From IMG/VR virus record IMGVR_UViG_2585427795_000005: a DNA stretch of 19,823 nucleotides; one strand, 5' to 3'. Position numbers and translations under genes: made by a program. The DNA is from a virus. Lineage: Duplodnaviria; Heunggongvirae; Uroviricota; Caudoviricetes. Below, in pieces: positions 1-8,694 of the stretch; the first letter of the stretch is position 1; each line of letters starts with the position of its first letter. Below the pieces are notes generated by a model. That model saw only the letters and a program-made list of their open reading frames with translations, ran no database searches and was not told where the DNA came from.

Positions 1-104
1 ATTTAGCACCGACGTAGCCCCACTGTTCGTCCATTTCAGCGCAGACAATCACATCACTGCCCGGTTGTATGCGCGAGGTTACCGACTGCGGCCTGAGTTT
101 TTTA
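1..104 (-). CDS. insB: IS1 insB, 5' portion only (rest lies outside the window), reached by -1 frameshift from insA
   Basis: Minus-strand frame downstream of the A6C slippery site translates [34 protein letters not shown], the InsB N-terminal region; boundaries approximate. Confidence 0.6.
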
Positions 105-354
105 AGTGACGTAAAACCGTGTTGAGGCCAACGCCCATAATGCGGGCAGTTGCCCGGCATCCAACGCCATTCATGGCCATATCAATGATTTTCTGGTGCG
201 TACCGGGTTGAGAAGCGGTGTAAGTGAACTGCAGTTGCCATGTTTTACGGCAGTGAGAGCAGAGATAGCGCTGATGTCCGGCGGTGCTTTTGCCGTTACG
301 CACCACCCCGTCAGTAGCTGAACAGGAGGGACAGCTGATAGAAACAGAAGCCAC
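79..354 (-). CDS. insA: IS1 InsA, transposition inhibitor / N-terminal part of the InsAB' transposase
   Basis: 91-aa translation [18 protein letters not shown]...LKNSGRSR matches the IS1 InsA sequence as I recall it; zinc-finger CxxC...CxxC plus HTH. Confidence 0.93.
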   Translation of the reverse strand: MASVSISCPSCSATDGVVRNGKSTAGHQRYLCSHCRKTWQLQFTYTASQPGTHQKIIDMAMNGVGCRATARIMGVGLNTVLRHLKNSGRSR

Positions 355-382
355 TGGAGCACCTCAAAAACACCATCATACA

Positions 383-980
383 CTAAATCAGTAAGTTGGC
401 AGCATCACCGATGATGTTTATATATGACGCTATCAGCGATGAGTCATCACGACTATCCACTTCACAAGCCATTGCCCTGATGTAGTCGGCGCTGGCAACG
501 TTGTTGTATTCCGTCGCAAAGCAACAGAGTAACGTCAGAACATGCTCTGTCGTTATTTCGCTCCAATTGATGTTGAAAAATTCATCGCCTTTTTTATCGT
601 GTTCGGAATCGAAGATGCTTTGGTGGAGGATGTATTTGCCGGATTCCTTGCGCGGTAACTTGATTGCTTTCTGGCGTTCCAGCTCCTTATAAATCTGCAT
701 TGCCTCAATTAGTACCGGCCTGCCGTTCATGAAGGGATCGCGCAACCTTACACGCTGGCCAACTCGACCAGTAATAAAGCTGTTTTCCTCTTCCACCAGC
801 ACGATAAAACCCTTTTCCTCTTTTTCTCGCAATTCGCGCAGCAGCTGGAGTTCCATGTCGCGGCGGCGTTCAGGGTAGCTGGTCCGCTCAGCCATTATCA
901 GCTCGTTATTGATCCATGCAGCAGTCATTGACGCCGGTTTGCCGACGCTCATCGAAACAACGCATATTTTCTTATCCATA
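383..980 (-). CDS. Hypothetical backbone protein, 3' end truncated by the IS1 insertion; occupies the position I recall for P1 mat, downstream of ref
   Basis: ORF with ATG at 980 preceded by AGGGG (the track start at 1006 is GTG). The last eight codons (GDAANLLI, then stop at 383..385) are encoded by the IS1 terminal repeat, so the native C-terminus is lost. Confidence 0.5.
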
Positions 981-1167
981 GCGCCCCTACAAAAAAGAAA
1001 AGCCACCAGCGGCGGCTTAGCAATACAACTGAAGGTAGCGCCCGGTACTCAGACTGTGCCGTCCATGGAATATTTGAAAAGGGATCCATCCGTACCGGGC
1101 GTGTGATGATTCTGACTGAAGTCACTTGTCAGTTGTCAATCATTTATCATTAAAAATAATATATTTA

Positions 1168-1728
1168 TTAGTGCATGATGTTTGCCATCTCATAGGCGTC
1201 AGCCAGTAACTCCATCTCTGACTTGTTCAGCAGGGTGAATTCTTTCTTGCCTCCAACCACACCATCGGCATGAACAGGGACCAGCCAGGGGTATTTTGCT
1301 CTTACTTCAGCCGGTGCTGCATGCTGGTGGTGCCATCTACAAAGTGGCAATTGCTTTTTATGACAACCCGGCGCGGTACGACCAGCGATATGGTGCAGAG
1401 ACACCTCATTAGATATTACTCCATGCATATAGCAGGCAATGCAGGGGAGAGCGCCAAGAGCATTGGCGATGCGCCGTTCCTCCGCCGTTGGTGTTCTCCC
1501 CTTCAAGCCACGAGATTTTATTTTTACAGCGCTTTTCCGCGTTTTGCTGGCTGGTGGGCGCTCTTTCTGTTTAGCGATACGGCGGTCGATAGTATCTCGC
1601 ATTTTCTGATATTGAGATTCTCGCCAGACCGGATCAGCCAACTTCTCCCGTTGCCGAGCGATCGCTCGTTCTCTGGCTGCCTTCTGCCACTTGCGGCACT
1701 GTTCAATTTTTTGTTCGATTGTTTTCAT
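1168..1728 (-). CDS. ref: Ref, recombination enhancement function (HNH-type endonuclease)
   Basis: 186-aa translation MKTIEQKIEQCRKWQ...; Cys/His HNH-like motifs (CIACYMHG...HHIAG...CHKKQLPLCRWHH); size and position downstream of cre as in P1; C1 operator upstream. Confidence 0.85.
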   Translation of the reverse strand: MKTIEQKIEQCRKWQKAARERAIARQREKLADPVWRESQYQKMRDTIDRRIAKQKERPPASKTRKSAVKIKSRGLKGRTPTAEERRIANALGALPCIACYMHGVISNEVSLHHIAGRTAPGCHKKQLPLCRWHHQHAAPAEVRAKYPWLVPVHADGVVGGKKEFTLLNKSEMELLADAYEMANIMH

Positions 1729-1734
1729 ATGGTC

Positions 1735-1761
1735 AAAAAAAAGGCGGCCTAATGGCCGCCT
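1735..1761 (-). terminator. Intrinsic terminator-like hairpin plus T-run immediately upstream of the ref start codon
   Basis: Minus strand reads AGGCGGCC-ATTA-GGCCGCCT followed by TTTTTTTT, then GACCAT and the ATG of ref; 8-bp GC-rich stem. Confidence 0.5.
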
Positions 1762-1813
1762 ATGATGTCAAGGAGTTAAGTAATGGCACGTCTTCGTAGT
1801 TGACAAAAACTGC

Positions 1814-1843
1814 GGCTCAATTATAGCAATCAATTAGAGCAAT
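1814..1843 (-). promoter_or_regulatory. C1 repressor operator upstream of ref, with a weaker overlapping tandem site, and a -10 TATAAT
   Basis: Minus strand ATTGCTCTAATTGATTG (1827..1843, 14/17 to consensus) and ATTGCTATAATTGAGCC (1814..1830); minus-strand TATAAT at 1820..1825. Confidence 0.65.
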
Positions 1844-1909
1844 GGTAGATATTTTGTTTATCGCGAATCACATTTTTTCACTTCAGTACCTGTGTGCTAT
1901 ACTCCTTCT

Positions 1910-1920
1910 TGATTGATTGG
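1910..1920 (-). repeat. Copy 1 of a recurring 11-mer (minus strand CCAATCAATCA), followed by AAGGAG
   Basis: Exact 11-mer also at 3609..3619 and 16947..16957; here followed by AAGGAG ... GTGAAAAAATG, but the ATG is immediately followed by TGA. Confidence 0.6.
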
Positions 1921-1949
1921 ATGCGGAATACAAACCCGCTCTTTTGTGC

Positions 1950-1979
1950 AGCCTGGCTCCTTGCCAGGCTTTTTTTTAT
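1950..1979 (+). terminator. Rho-independent terminator on the plus strand, convergent with the cra-position ORF
   Basis: Plus strand AGCCTGGC-TCCTT-GCCAGGCT followed by TTTTTTTTAT. Confidence 0.45.
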
Positions 1980-2287
1980 TTCATCATGGAAGCTGTTAAC
2001 GCTTTGGACCTTGCTGAACTGATTGTGAGGGCTTTGTTAACGAGCCCCAGAAATTCGACAAACTCAGACATCACTTTACCAAGACCGCGCCGTGCTTCTT
2101 CCTCGGTGGCATTCATTACGAAATGTTCAGCACTACGCATACTTTTGACAGGAAACGCAACGGATATTGAGTCAATATCAGGCATTCTATCGCTCAGCTT
2201 TACAGTGACAATGACGGCTGGCGACTGAATATTAGTGCTTACAGACAGCACTACATATTTTCCGTCGATGTTGAAATCCTTTCTCAT
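1976..2287 (-). CDS. Hypothetical 103-aa protein at the position of P1 cra (cre-associated), directly downstream of cre
   Basis: ORF with GGTGG just upstream of the ATG; preferred over the overlapping plus-strand ORF 1917..2228, which starts at TTG and reads through the terminator hairpin. Identity with Cra is positional only. Confidence 0.5.
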   Translation of the reverse strand: MRKDFNIDGKYVVLSVSTNIQSPAVIVTVKLSDRMPDIDSISVAFPVKSMRSAEHFVMNATEEEARRGLGKVMSEFVEFLGLVNKALTISSARSKALTASMMK

Positions 2288-2303
2288 ATGCCACCATAAA
2301 TAT

Positions 2304-2320
2304 CAAATAATTAGAGCAAT
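2304..2320 (-). promoter_or_regulatory. C1 operator between the cre stop and the downstream ORF
   Basis: Minus strand ATTGCTCTAATTATTTG (14/17); minus-strand CATAAT -10-like hexamer directly upstream at 2323..2328. Confidence 0.6.
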
Positions 2321-2337
2321 TTATTATGCGTTGACGG

Positions 2338-3369
2338 CTAATCACCATCTTCCAGCAGGCGCACCATTGCCCCCGTTTCACTATCCAGATTACGGATATA
2401 GTTCATGACAATATTTACGTTGGTCCAGCCACCAGCTTGCATGATCTCCGGTATTGAAACTCCGGCGCGGGCCATATCTCGCGCGGCTCCGACACGGGCA
2501 CTGTGTCCAGACCAGGCCAGGTACCTCTGACCAGAGTCATCCTTAGCCCCGTAAATCAATCGGTGAGTTGCTTCAAAAATCCCTTCCAGGGCGCGAGTTG
2601 ATAGCTGGCTGGTGGATGATGGCGAGGCAACACCATTTTTTCTGACCCGGCAAAACAAGTAGTTATTCGGATCATCAGCCACACCAGAGACAGAAATCCA
2701 TCGCTCGACCAGTTTAGTTACCCCCAGGCTAAGTGCCTTCTCTACACCTGCGGTGCTAACCAGCGTTTTCGTTCTGCCAATATGGATTAACATTCTCCCA
2801 CCGTCAGTACGTGAGATATCTTTAACCCTGATCCTGGCAATTTCGGCTATACGTAACAGGGTGTTATAAGCAATCCCCAGAAATGCCAGATTACGTATAT
2901 CCTGGCAGCGATCGCTATTTTCCATGAGTGAACGAACCTGGTCGAAATCAGTGCGTTCGAACGCTAGTGCCTGTTTTGCACGTTCACCGGCATCAACGTT
3001 TTCTTTTCGGATCCGCCGCATGACCAGTGAAACAGCGTTGCTGTCACTTGGTCGTGGCAGCCCGGACCGACGATGAAGCATGTTTAGCTGGCCCAAATGT
3101 TGCTGGATAGTTTTTACTGCCAGACCGCGCGCCTGAAGATATAGAAGATAATCGCGAACATCTTCAGGTTCTGCGGGAAACCATTTCCGGTTATTCAACT
3201 TGCACCATGCCGCCCACGACCGGCAAACGGACAGAAGCATTTTCCAGGTATGCTCAGAAAACGCCTGGCGATCCCTGAACATGTCCATCAGGTTCTTGCG
3301 AACCTCATCACTCGTTGCATCGACCGGTAATGCAGGCAAATTTTGGTGTACGGTCAGTAAATTGGACAT
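2338..3369 (-). CDS. cre: Cre site-specific tyrosine recombinase
   Basis: 343-aa translation MSNLLTVHQNLPALPVDATSDEVRKNLMDMFRDRQAFSEHTWK...MVRLLEDGD is recognisably P1 Cre with a few substitutions; loxP lies about 410 bp upstream. Confidence 0.97.
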   Translation of the reverse strand: MSNLLTVHQNLPALPVDATSDEVRKNLMDMFRDRQAFSEHTWKMLLSVCRSWAAWCKLNNRKWFPAEPEDVRDYLLYLQARGLAVKTIQQHLGQLNMLHRRSGLPRPSDSNAVSLVMRRIRKENVDAGERAKQALAFERTDFDQVRSLMENSDRCQDIRNLAFLGIAYNTLLRIAEIARIRVKDISRTDGGRMLIHIGRTKTLVSTAGVEKALSLGVTKLVERWISVSGVADDPNNYLFCRVRKNGVASPSSTSQLSTRALEGIFEATHRLIYGAKDDSGQRYLAWSGHSARVGAARDMARAGVSIPEIMQAGGWTNVNIVMNYIRNLDSETGAMVRLLEDGD

Positions 3370-3376
3370 TTAACAC

Positions 3377-3598
3377 TCAGATAATGGTTTTAAGTAAAGT
3401 GTACAGGATCGGCTCTGCCTTTACCTGTTTATGGTTCTCGTCATAGAAACGCCAGCGACCGCGCGTGCGTTCTATTTTCTCTTCACCGCGCGATAATGAC
3501 AGTTGACAACTATCACAATCAAACCCTTTTGCCCGCCAGTAACCACGGTTTTTCTCAAGCTCAATATGAGTGGACACTTTAGCAGCTGAATATCCCAT
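3377..3598 (-). CDS. Possible small ORF (73 aa) in the cre upstream region
   Basis: ATG preceded by AGAGGTG and by the conserved CCAATCAATCA element; ends 8 bp before the cre start. I do not recall an annotated P1 gene here, so it may be regulatory sequence. Confidence 0.25.
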   Translation of the reverse strand: MGYSAAKVSTHIELEKNRGYWRAKGFDCDSCQLSLSRGEEKIERTRGRWRFYDENHKQVKAEPILYTLLKTII

Positions 3599-3608
3599 TT
3601 TTCACCTC

Positions 3609-3619
3609 TGATTGATTGG
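3609..3619 (-). repeat. Copy 2 of the recurring 11-mer (minus strand CCAATCAATCA-GAGGTGAAAAATG)
   Basis: Exact 11-mer; followed by an SD and the ATG of the 73-aa ORF. Confidence 0.6.
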
Positions 3620-3779
3620 TGGTGCTAAGTGCGCTACGCGAAATCTGGAGCACTAACACTGCCAACATTTCGCAGATTTTACGTAGCGCAACCTTGATCA
3701 AATGATCACTATTTGACCTGATAAGGTATTGAACTGTATGGATTTACAGGTAAATTGATCATGTTCAATAACCCTTAAG

Positions 3780-3813
3780 ATAACTTCGTATAATGTATGC
3801 TATACGAAGTTAT
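3780..3813. other. loxP: loxP recombination site
   Basis: Exact ATAACTTCGTATA-ATGTATGC-TATACGAAGTTAT (13-bp inverted repeats around an 8-bp spacer). Confidence 0.98.
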
Positions 3814-3856
3814 TAGGTCCGAAGAGGAGTTTACGTCCAGCTGCGCACAAAAATCA

Positions 3857-3873
3857 AGAATTATTAGAGCAAT
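3857..3873 (-). promoter_or_regulatory. C1 operator in the immC region between loxP and coi
   Basis: Minus strand ATTGCTCTAATAATTCT (14/17). Confidence 0.65.
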
Positions 3874-3939
3874 AAATTTTGAGAGAAAAATCCCACTCCA
3901 CCAGCTAAAAACTGGATTGTTTTTCATAGTTGTTTGACA

Positions 3940-3956
3940 ATTGCTCTAATAAATTA
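3940..3956 (+). promoter_or_regulatory. C1 operator in immC, overlapping a TTGACA -35-like hexamer
   Basis: Plus strand ATTGCTCTAATAAATTA (16/17); TTGACA at 3935..3940; divergent with the 3857..3873 site. Confidence 0.7.
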
Positions 3957-4194
3957 TAGTTTTGCCGACGTTACGTAATACGACTTTGGATTCACTATTT
4001 AATGTGTCTTCAGCGTTGTAGAGCGGCTCAGAAGGAAATGAGCAAACAGGGAAACCTTATACAACGGCATTACAGCTATGCATTGCTCATCTTACACACA
4101 GCGCAATGTTGTTAGATTACCCCAGCATGGATCATGGGTGAAACAGTAGGTCAGAGCTTCAGGCTCTGTGTTGTCAATACAGTGAGGCATAATT

Positions 4195-4404
4195 ATGGCT
4201 TTCATTCAACCAACCATCGACGACGTTAGACATTGCTCTAACGCTTTATCTGTAGACCCTGCCGAAACCGACGCTGCCCGCGCCATTGCTGAACACTACT
4301 CAAAGATATCCAATCAGGAGTACCGCATCACCCAAGACGACCTGGATGACCTCACTGACACAATCGAATATCTCATGGCAACTAACCAGTTAGACTCACA
4401 ATAA
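4195..4404 (+). CDS. coi: Coi-like C1 inactivator
   Basis: 69-aa ORF directly upstream of c1, with TGAGG 8 nt before the ATG; size and position match P1 Coi. The sequence itself is not independently recognised. Confidence 0.65.
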   Translation: MAFIQPTIDDVRHCSNALSVDPAETDAARAIAEHYSKISNQEYRITQDDLDDLTDTIEYLMATNQLDSQ

Positions 4405-4420
4405 ATGCACTAATAAATCT
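4404..4420 (+). promoter_or_regulatory. Weak C1-operator-like site between coi and c1
   Basis: AATGCACTAATAAATCT (14/17 by my count); a TATAAT hexamer lies downstream at 4442..4447. Confidence 0.35.
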
Positions 4421-4514
4421 ATTATTTTTGTTTGATCCCTCTATAATATAGGTCAGTAATGACCGGTTTTCTCAGCCGGGCGTTATTGACCATGTCAATT
4501 CTGGAGGAGGATCA

Positions 4515-5366
4515 ATGATAAATTATGTCTACGGCGAACAACTGTACCAGGAGTTCGTCAGCTTCAGGGATCTCTTTCTAAAAAAAGCTGTTGCACGCGC
4601 CCAACACGTTGATACAGCCAGCGACGGTCGTCCTGTACGCCCGGTTGTCGTTCTACCGTTCAAAGAAACTGACAGCATTCAGGCTGAAATTGATAAATGG
4701 ACTTTAATGGCGCGGGAACTGGAACAGTACCCAGACCTCAATATCCCAAAGACTATTTTATATCCAGTGCCTAACATCCTTCGCGGTGTGCGTAAGGTTA
4801 CAACTTATCAGACAGAGGCTGTGAACAGCGTCAACATGACCGCTGGCCGCATTATTCATCTGATTGATAAGGACATTCGCATCCAGAAAAGCGCGGGGAT
4901 CAATGAGCACAGTGCGAAATACATAGAGAACCTGGAAGCAACAAAAGAGCTAATGAAGCAGTACCCGGAGGATGAAAAATTCCGTATGCGTGTACACGGC
5001 TTTAGCGAAACAATGTTGCGCGTCCATTACATTTCCAGTAGCCCTAACTACAATGATGGTAAATCAGTTAGTTACCATGTGCCGCTGTGTGGTGTGTTTA
5101 TCTGCGATGAAACTCTCCGTGATGGAATCATCATCAACGGTGAATTCGAGAAAGCAAAATTTAGCCTTTATGACTCTATAGAACCGATCATCTGCGACCG
5201 CTGGCCGCAGGCAAAAATATATCGCCTGGCAGATATTGAAAATGTAAAAAAACAAATTGCCATCACTCGCGAAGAGAAAAAGGTCAAATCAGCCGCATCA
5301 GTTACGCGCAGCCGTAAAACTAAGAAGGGGCAGCCAGTAAACGACAACCCCGAAAGCGCGCAATAG
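4515..5366 (+). CDS. c1: C1 repressor of lysis (primary immunity repressor)
   Basis: 283-aa translation MINYVYGEQLYQEFVSFRDLFLKKAVARAQHVD...; strong GGAGGAGG SD; its cognate operator consensus recurs through the window. Confidence 0.9.
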   Translation: MINYVYGEQLYQEFVSFRDLFLKKAVARAQHVDTASDGRPVRPVVVLPFKETDSIQAEIDKWTLMARELEQYPDLNIPKTILYPVPNILRGVRKVTTYQTEAVNSVNMTAGRIIHLIDKDIRIQKSAGINEHSAKYIENLEATKELMKQYPEDEKFRMRVHGFSETMLRVHYISSSPNYNDGKSVSYHVPLCGVFICDETLRDGIIINGEFEKAKFSLYDSIEPIICDRWPQAKIYRLADIENVKKQIAITREEKKVKSAASVTRSRKTKKGQPVNDNPESAQ

Positions 5367-5390
5367 TTTCTATCCGGCATGGTCAATGAG

Positions 5391-6875
5391 TTATTCATTA
5401 AGCCATGCCAGAGCTTCATCAACCTGCGCTTCGTCTTCGACGCTAAGCACTTCATCCTGGGGAACATAATCCGCCAGCATAGCGAAACAATATGTATCCC
5501 AATGGTCTGGTGAGTGCAGGTTGAGTTTTTTCTTCATATCCTCCTTACTCATCACCTTCCATTGACCTGCGGAGTTAATCCCTACAGGGATTTTCGACGC
5601 TTCCTCAATAGTTTCATTACCCTTATCCAGTCTCATACGACCAGATTTTACGGCCTCTGCGGCTTGAACGTTGGCATAAGCACGTTTATCAAAGTACAGG
5701 CTCTTATCCTCACGGCTATGCATCTTTTTACCCCAGCGTATACGCTGTACGGTAATACCATAATACTCGTACATCAGATCCGCTGTTGCTTTACCCAGGC
5801 CATCGCCGTCTATCGCTATGGTGATATTTGGGAATCGCTCAGGATTACATTCTGCGAAAATTTTGGCGGCAAGCTGCGTTTCTGTAACGTCTGTGTATTC
5901 CAGCATTCGATAGTTGATTACACGGCGTTTGTTTCGCTGGCCGGACACCATCATGATATTGATAACGGACTTATCCCTTCCCGTACCACCAGCAACGTCT
6001 ACACATGCAAGCCAGCCCCATCCTTTGGCAATCTTGACTTTCCGCCGCGTTGCACGTTCAACCTCATCACGTCCAAGAAGGAAGCCATCCTGTGATTTAG
6101 GGAATAGGCCGCGTACCTTAATCATGTACATAGGGTTATCGCGCCCGCCGTACTCCGCCAGCTTCATTTTGATAAATGCTGGCGTTACCAGCGGTGATTC
6201 CTCACTGTTAAGCGTGATCGCCGTATAAACGCCATCAGGGTTACCAGGACGCTTGGCCAGTTTATGGTGAGTATCGTAGAAATAGCCGCTTGGGCGTGTA
6301 GGCTGTGACAGTAATAAGATGCGGTTATCCTGTCCGGTAAGAGCACCGGTGATGATACCGAAAGCTCTATCACTGACACCGGAGGCTTCATCGATAATAT
6401 ACAGAAGATGATCTGCGTGTTCACCGGCGAGAGCTTCTTCACTTCCCAGACGAAAGCCCTTCGGCACTACAGTCCATACACCTTTACCAGTAACCTCATA
6501 GAAAGCGGTTTCTGTCAGAACAAAATAATCAGCAAGCCATGGAAAACGGCTGGTGGCAGTAGCCCAGTTTATCTTGATGTACTTGAAAATACCGGTCATT
6601 ACCTGCTGAATTTTGTTCGCAACGATAATGGCGCGGGCACCGGGATACATGATTATGAACAACATGATCATGATAGAAGTCATGTCTGATTTTCCGGTAC
6701 CGTGACCAGACGAAACAGATGTCTTGCTACCCTGTTCCTGCACAGACTCAATAATCAGATCCTGCTGCCAGGTAGGTGTTTTGCCGAACAAAACATCAGC
6801 GGCCGCAATCCAGTCATAACGATATAGCGCCACCAGCTCGCGCCAACGTGGATCCGTTACGCAACTTCTGGCCAT
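5391..6875 (-). CDS. pacB: PacB, terminase large subunit
   Basis: 494-aa ORF translationally coupled to pacA (TAATG overlap at 6875); convergent with c1 as in P1. Confidence 0.88.
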   Translation of the reverse strand: MARSCVTDPRWRELVALYRYDWIAAADVLFGKTPTWQQDLIIESVQEQGSKTSVSSGHGTGKSDMTSIMIMLFIIMYPGARAIIVANKIQQVMTGIFKYIKINWATATSRFPWLADYFVLTETAFYEVTGKGVWTVVPKGFRLGSEEALAGEHADHLLYIIDEASGVSDRAFGIITGALTGQDNRILLLSQPTRPSGYFYDTHHKLAKRPGNPDGVYTAITLNSEESPLVTPAFIKMKLAEYGGRDNPMYMIKVRGLFPKSQDGFLLGRDEVERATRRKVKIAKGWGWLACVDVAGGTGRDKSVINIMMVSGQRNKRRVINYRMLEYTDVTETQLAAKIFAECNPERFPNITIAIDGDGLGKATADLMYEYYGITVQRIRWGKKMHSREDKSLYFDKRAYANVQAAEAVKSGRMRLDKGNETIEEASKIPVGINSAGQWKVMSKEDMKKKLNLHSPDHWDTYCFAMLADYVPQDEVLSVEDEAQVDEALAWLNE

Positions 6876-8068
6876 TAATCATCATCCCCGTATAGCTTGC
6901 GGGTAACTTCTTCGTCTTCCTCCTCGTCTTCGTCCAGGTCTTGTTCCAGCCATGGGTCGTTTGATACACCTTCAGTATCAACATCTCCATAACCGCCTGT
7001 ATCAACGATATCGGCGATTTCTTCCCTACGCTGCTCAATCCACAATGCGGCATCGGCGCGGCGGTTGGCGGCCCGTTCTCGCGCAACTTTGTCCAGATCT
7101 TCAAGAGAAGGGCCACCGACGGCTGTTTGCCTTTCCTCATCATCGGTATTGGTCTTAGGAGCACGCAGATCGGCTTTGATTTGCTCCAGCATCAGGGGCG
7201 GCACTTTCCCGCCATGCGCCTCGATGAATTCAGCTGCTTCCAGCACTGACCAGTTATTTTCACGCTTTCGTTCGTATGCCAGCTTAACAATGCCAGCTTG
7301 CCCCATAGACAAAGCGTGCTTTTCCGCCTCCCGGCTTTCTTTTCGATAGTTATTCCGGATGCTGTAAATGGTGTTGATCAGGCTGCTTATCTGCGCGGAA
7401 CAGCTGTTTAGCATGCTCGCGATACGGTATTCAGGCGGAGTACCTTCATCATCGTCTTTTTGCTGATCGCGCATTTCCTGCACCAGGCGAATACACGTAT
7501 CCCTGGCGTTCTCCAGCATAAGGAGATGAGAAAGAGACTTTTCAAGAAGAGTGGTTTCCAGAACATCGGCCCCGGACCGACGCAACATAGCGCGCGCGGC
7601 CTTCCGCGCTTCAACGTTATCTATCAGGTAATCGCCAGCTTCGAATTCAAAGCGTTCACCATCATCATCCAGGGTGTCGCGTTCCAGGCGATCACGTAAG
7701 GTCCGGTGGGCGCGGGTGATCACGTCATGATCATCTGAACGATCATTTATGCGCTTATTTTGGCGCTTCGCATTCTCGACTGCGGCACTGATAACGGCAT
7801 TAACTCTCTGTTTTTCCGCTATTTCAGCCGCAATATGATCACCTGCATGTTGATCATTAGAGTGATCAATGATCATGCTTTTTAGTGGCTTCCTGACTGG
7901 CTTATTTGGCTTGCGGCTGTCCGCAGTCCTGGTGTCTTCTTTGAAGGCACGGAGATAACGACGTGCGGTATTAGGGTTAAGATTAAACTCGGCGGCATAC
8001 TGTGCGATGGTGTAACCACCATCTCGCGCCAGGCGAGCAAAATTCTTCTTGTGATCGTCCCAGGTCAC
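6875..8068 (-). CDS. pacA: PacA, terminase small subunit / pac recognition protein
   Basis: 397-aa ORF with GTG start preceded by AGGAAG; N-terminal HTH-like region; acidic C-terminal tail; the pac site lies inside the coding sequence. Confidence 0.88.
   Translation of the reverse strand: MTWDDHKKNFARLARDGGYTIAQYAAEFNLNPNTARRYLRAFKEDTRTADSRKPNKPVRKPLKSMIIDHSNDQHAGDHIAAEIAEKQRVNAVISAAVENAKRQNKRINDRSDDHDVITRAHRTLRDRLERDTLDDDGERFEFEAGDYLIDNVEARKAARAMLRRSGADVLETTLLEKSLSHLLMLENARDTCIRLVQEMRDQQKDDDEGTPPEYRIASMLNSCSAQISSLINTIYSIRNNYRKESREAEKHALSMGQAGIVKLAYERKRENNWSVLEAAEFIEAHGGKVPPLMLEQIKADLRAPKTNTDDEERQTAVGGPSLEDLDKVARERAANRRADAALWIEQRREEIADIVDTGGYGDVDTEGVSNDPWLEQDLDEDEEEDEEVTRKLYGDDD
7717..7875. 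other. pac: pac packaging site: seven TGATCA/G hexamers (three plus four) in about 160 bp, each carrying a Dam GATC
   Basis: Hexamers at 7717, 7728, 7740 (CGATCA) and 7826, 7851, 7863, 7870; an additional CGATCA at 7689 lies outside. Confidence 0.85.
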
Positions 8069-8153
8069 TTATGCTTCCTTTCGTAAAAACTCTTTTTGAC
8101 GCGAGGGTAACGAAAGTCACATGTCAAAAGGCCCGGAACGGGCAAGCAATCAA

Positions 8154-8606
8154 TCAGATACGTGCGGATGTGGCATTACCGTAATGACGGTGCTGACGGG
8201 CCACCCTATTGAAAAGTTGACGCGCCATTACCCAAGGCTGGTGCTCCCGGCGTTCCTTTTCGTCCTGCGTCATATAGAGTTCGTTCTGGAGTTTTTCATC
8301 AAACCGGCGCGGAGCGCGGCTACGGCGAAAGAATTCAGGATTCAGAGAGTGGATCTGAAATCTACGTGGGCGTGTACTGTCATCAATCAAAACAGACGAA
8401 TACTTAGACACAGCGATAGCCTTTAAGCGCAGATAAACATCGCGCTTATCGACATCCAGATGCGGGTATTCCTTTTCAAGAATTGCTGCGAGTTCTTTCG
8501 CTGATAGAAGAGATTTAGTGCGGATCATGTAATCCGCAATCTCGTACGATGTTATTCGTGAGTGATTTATTTCCATGAAGTGGCGTCCCTGCCAGTTAAG
8601 TAACAT
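8154..8606 (-). CDS. lpa: Lpa-like late promoter activator (P1 gene 10 position)
   Basis: 150-aa ORF immediately upstream of pacA; AGGTGA SD; minus-strand TTGACA at 8630..8635 and a C1 operator at 8677..8693 upstream. Identification is positional. Confidence 0.65.
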   Translation of the reverse strand: MLLNWQGRHFMEINHSRITSYEIADYMIRTKSLLSAKELAAILEKEYPHLDVDKRDVYLRLKAIAVSKYSSVLIDDSTRPRRFQIHSLNPEFFRRSRAPRRFDEKLQNELYMTQDEKERREHQPWVMARQLFNRVARQHRHYGNATSARI

Positions 8607-8676
8607 CCTGTCACCTACTGATTAGCCCATGTCAACTAATCAACGTCGAATATAATACCCTCGATTAAAGAAATAG

Positions 8677-8693
8677 CAATACATTAGAGCAAT
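8677..8693 (-). promoter_or_regulatory. C1 operator upstream of lpa
   Basis: Minus strand ATTGCTCTAATGTATTG (14/17), with an adjacent TAGCAAT partial site as at the ref operator. Confidence 0.6.
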
Positions 8694-8694
8694 T

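Larger units (their letters stand above)
1..409 (-). mobile_element. IS1 insertion sequence, partial copy (continues left of the window)
   Basis: InsA ORF at 79..354; A6C frameshift motif (minus-strand TTAAAAAAC) near 97..105; terminal inverted repeat GGTGATGCTGCCAACTTACTGAT read on the minus strand ending at 409. Confidence 0.93.

Noticed and set aside
171-383. 70-aa ORF inside IS1 on the minus strand
   Set aside because: Alternative frame overlapping insA and the IS1 terminal repeat; IS1 is known to encode only InsA and InsAB'.
383-1006. Using the track start at 1006 for the truncated gene
   Set aside because: That codon is GTG with no SD; the ATG at 980 has AGGGG upstream, so 383..980 was annotated.
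1270-1752. 160-aa plus-strand ORF
   Set aside because: Fully antisense to ref, reads through the terminator hairpin, composition atypical; the Ref frame is the recognisable one.
1917-2228. 103-aa plus-strand ORF overlapping the cra-position gene
   Set aside because: Starts at TTG inside the conserved 11-mer, reads through a terminator hairpin, low-complexity S/L-rich sequence; the minus-strand ORF has an SD and a C1-regulated promoter.
5514-6228. Plus-strand ORFs of 193 and 104 aa
   Set aside because: Antisense within pacB; no start signals; pacB is the coherent terminase frame.
6952-7349. Plus-strand ORFs of 68 and 94 aa, and the 116-aa minus ORF at 6814..7164
   Set aside because: Overlap pacA in other frames; Arg/Ser-rich translations typical of off-frame GC-rich coding DNA.
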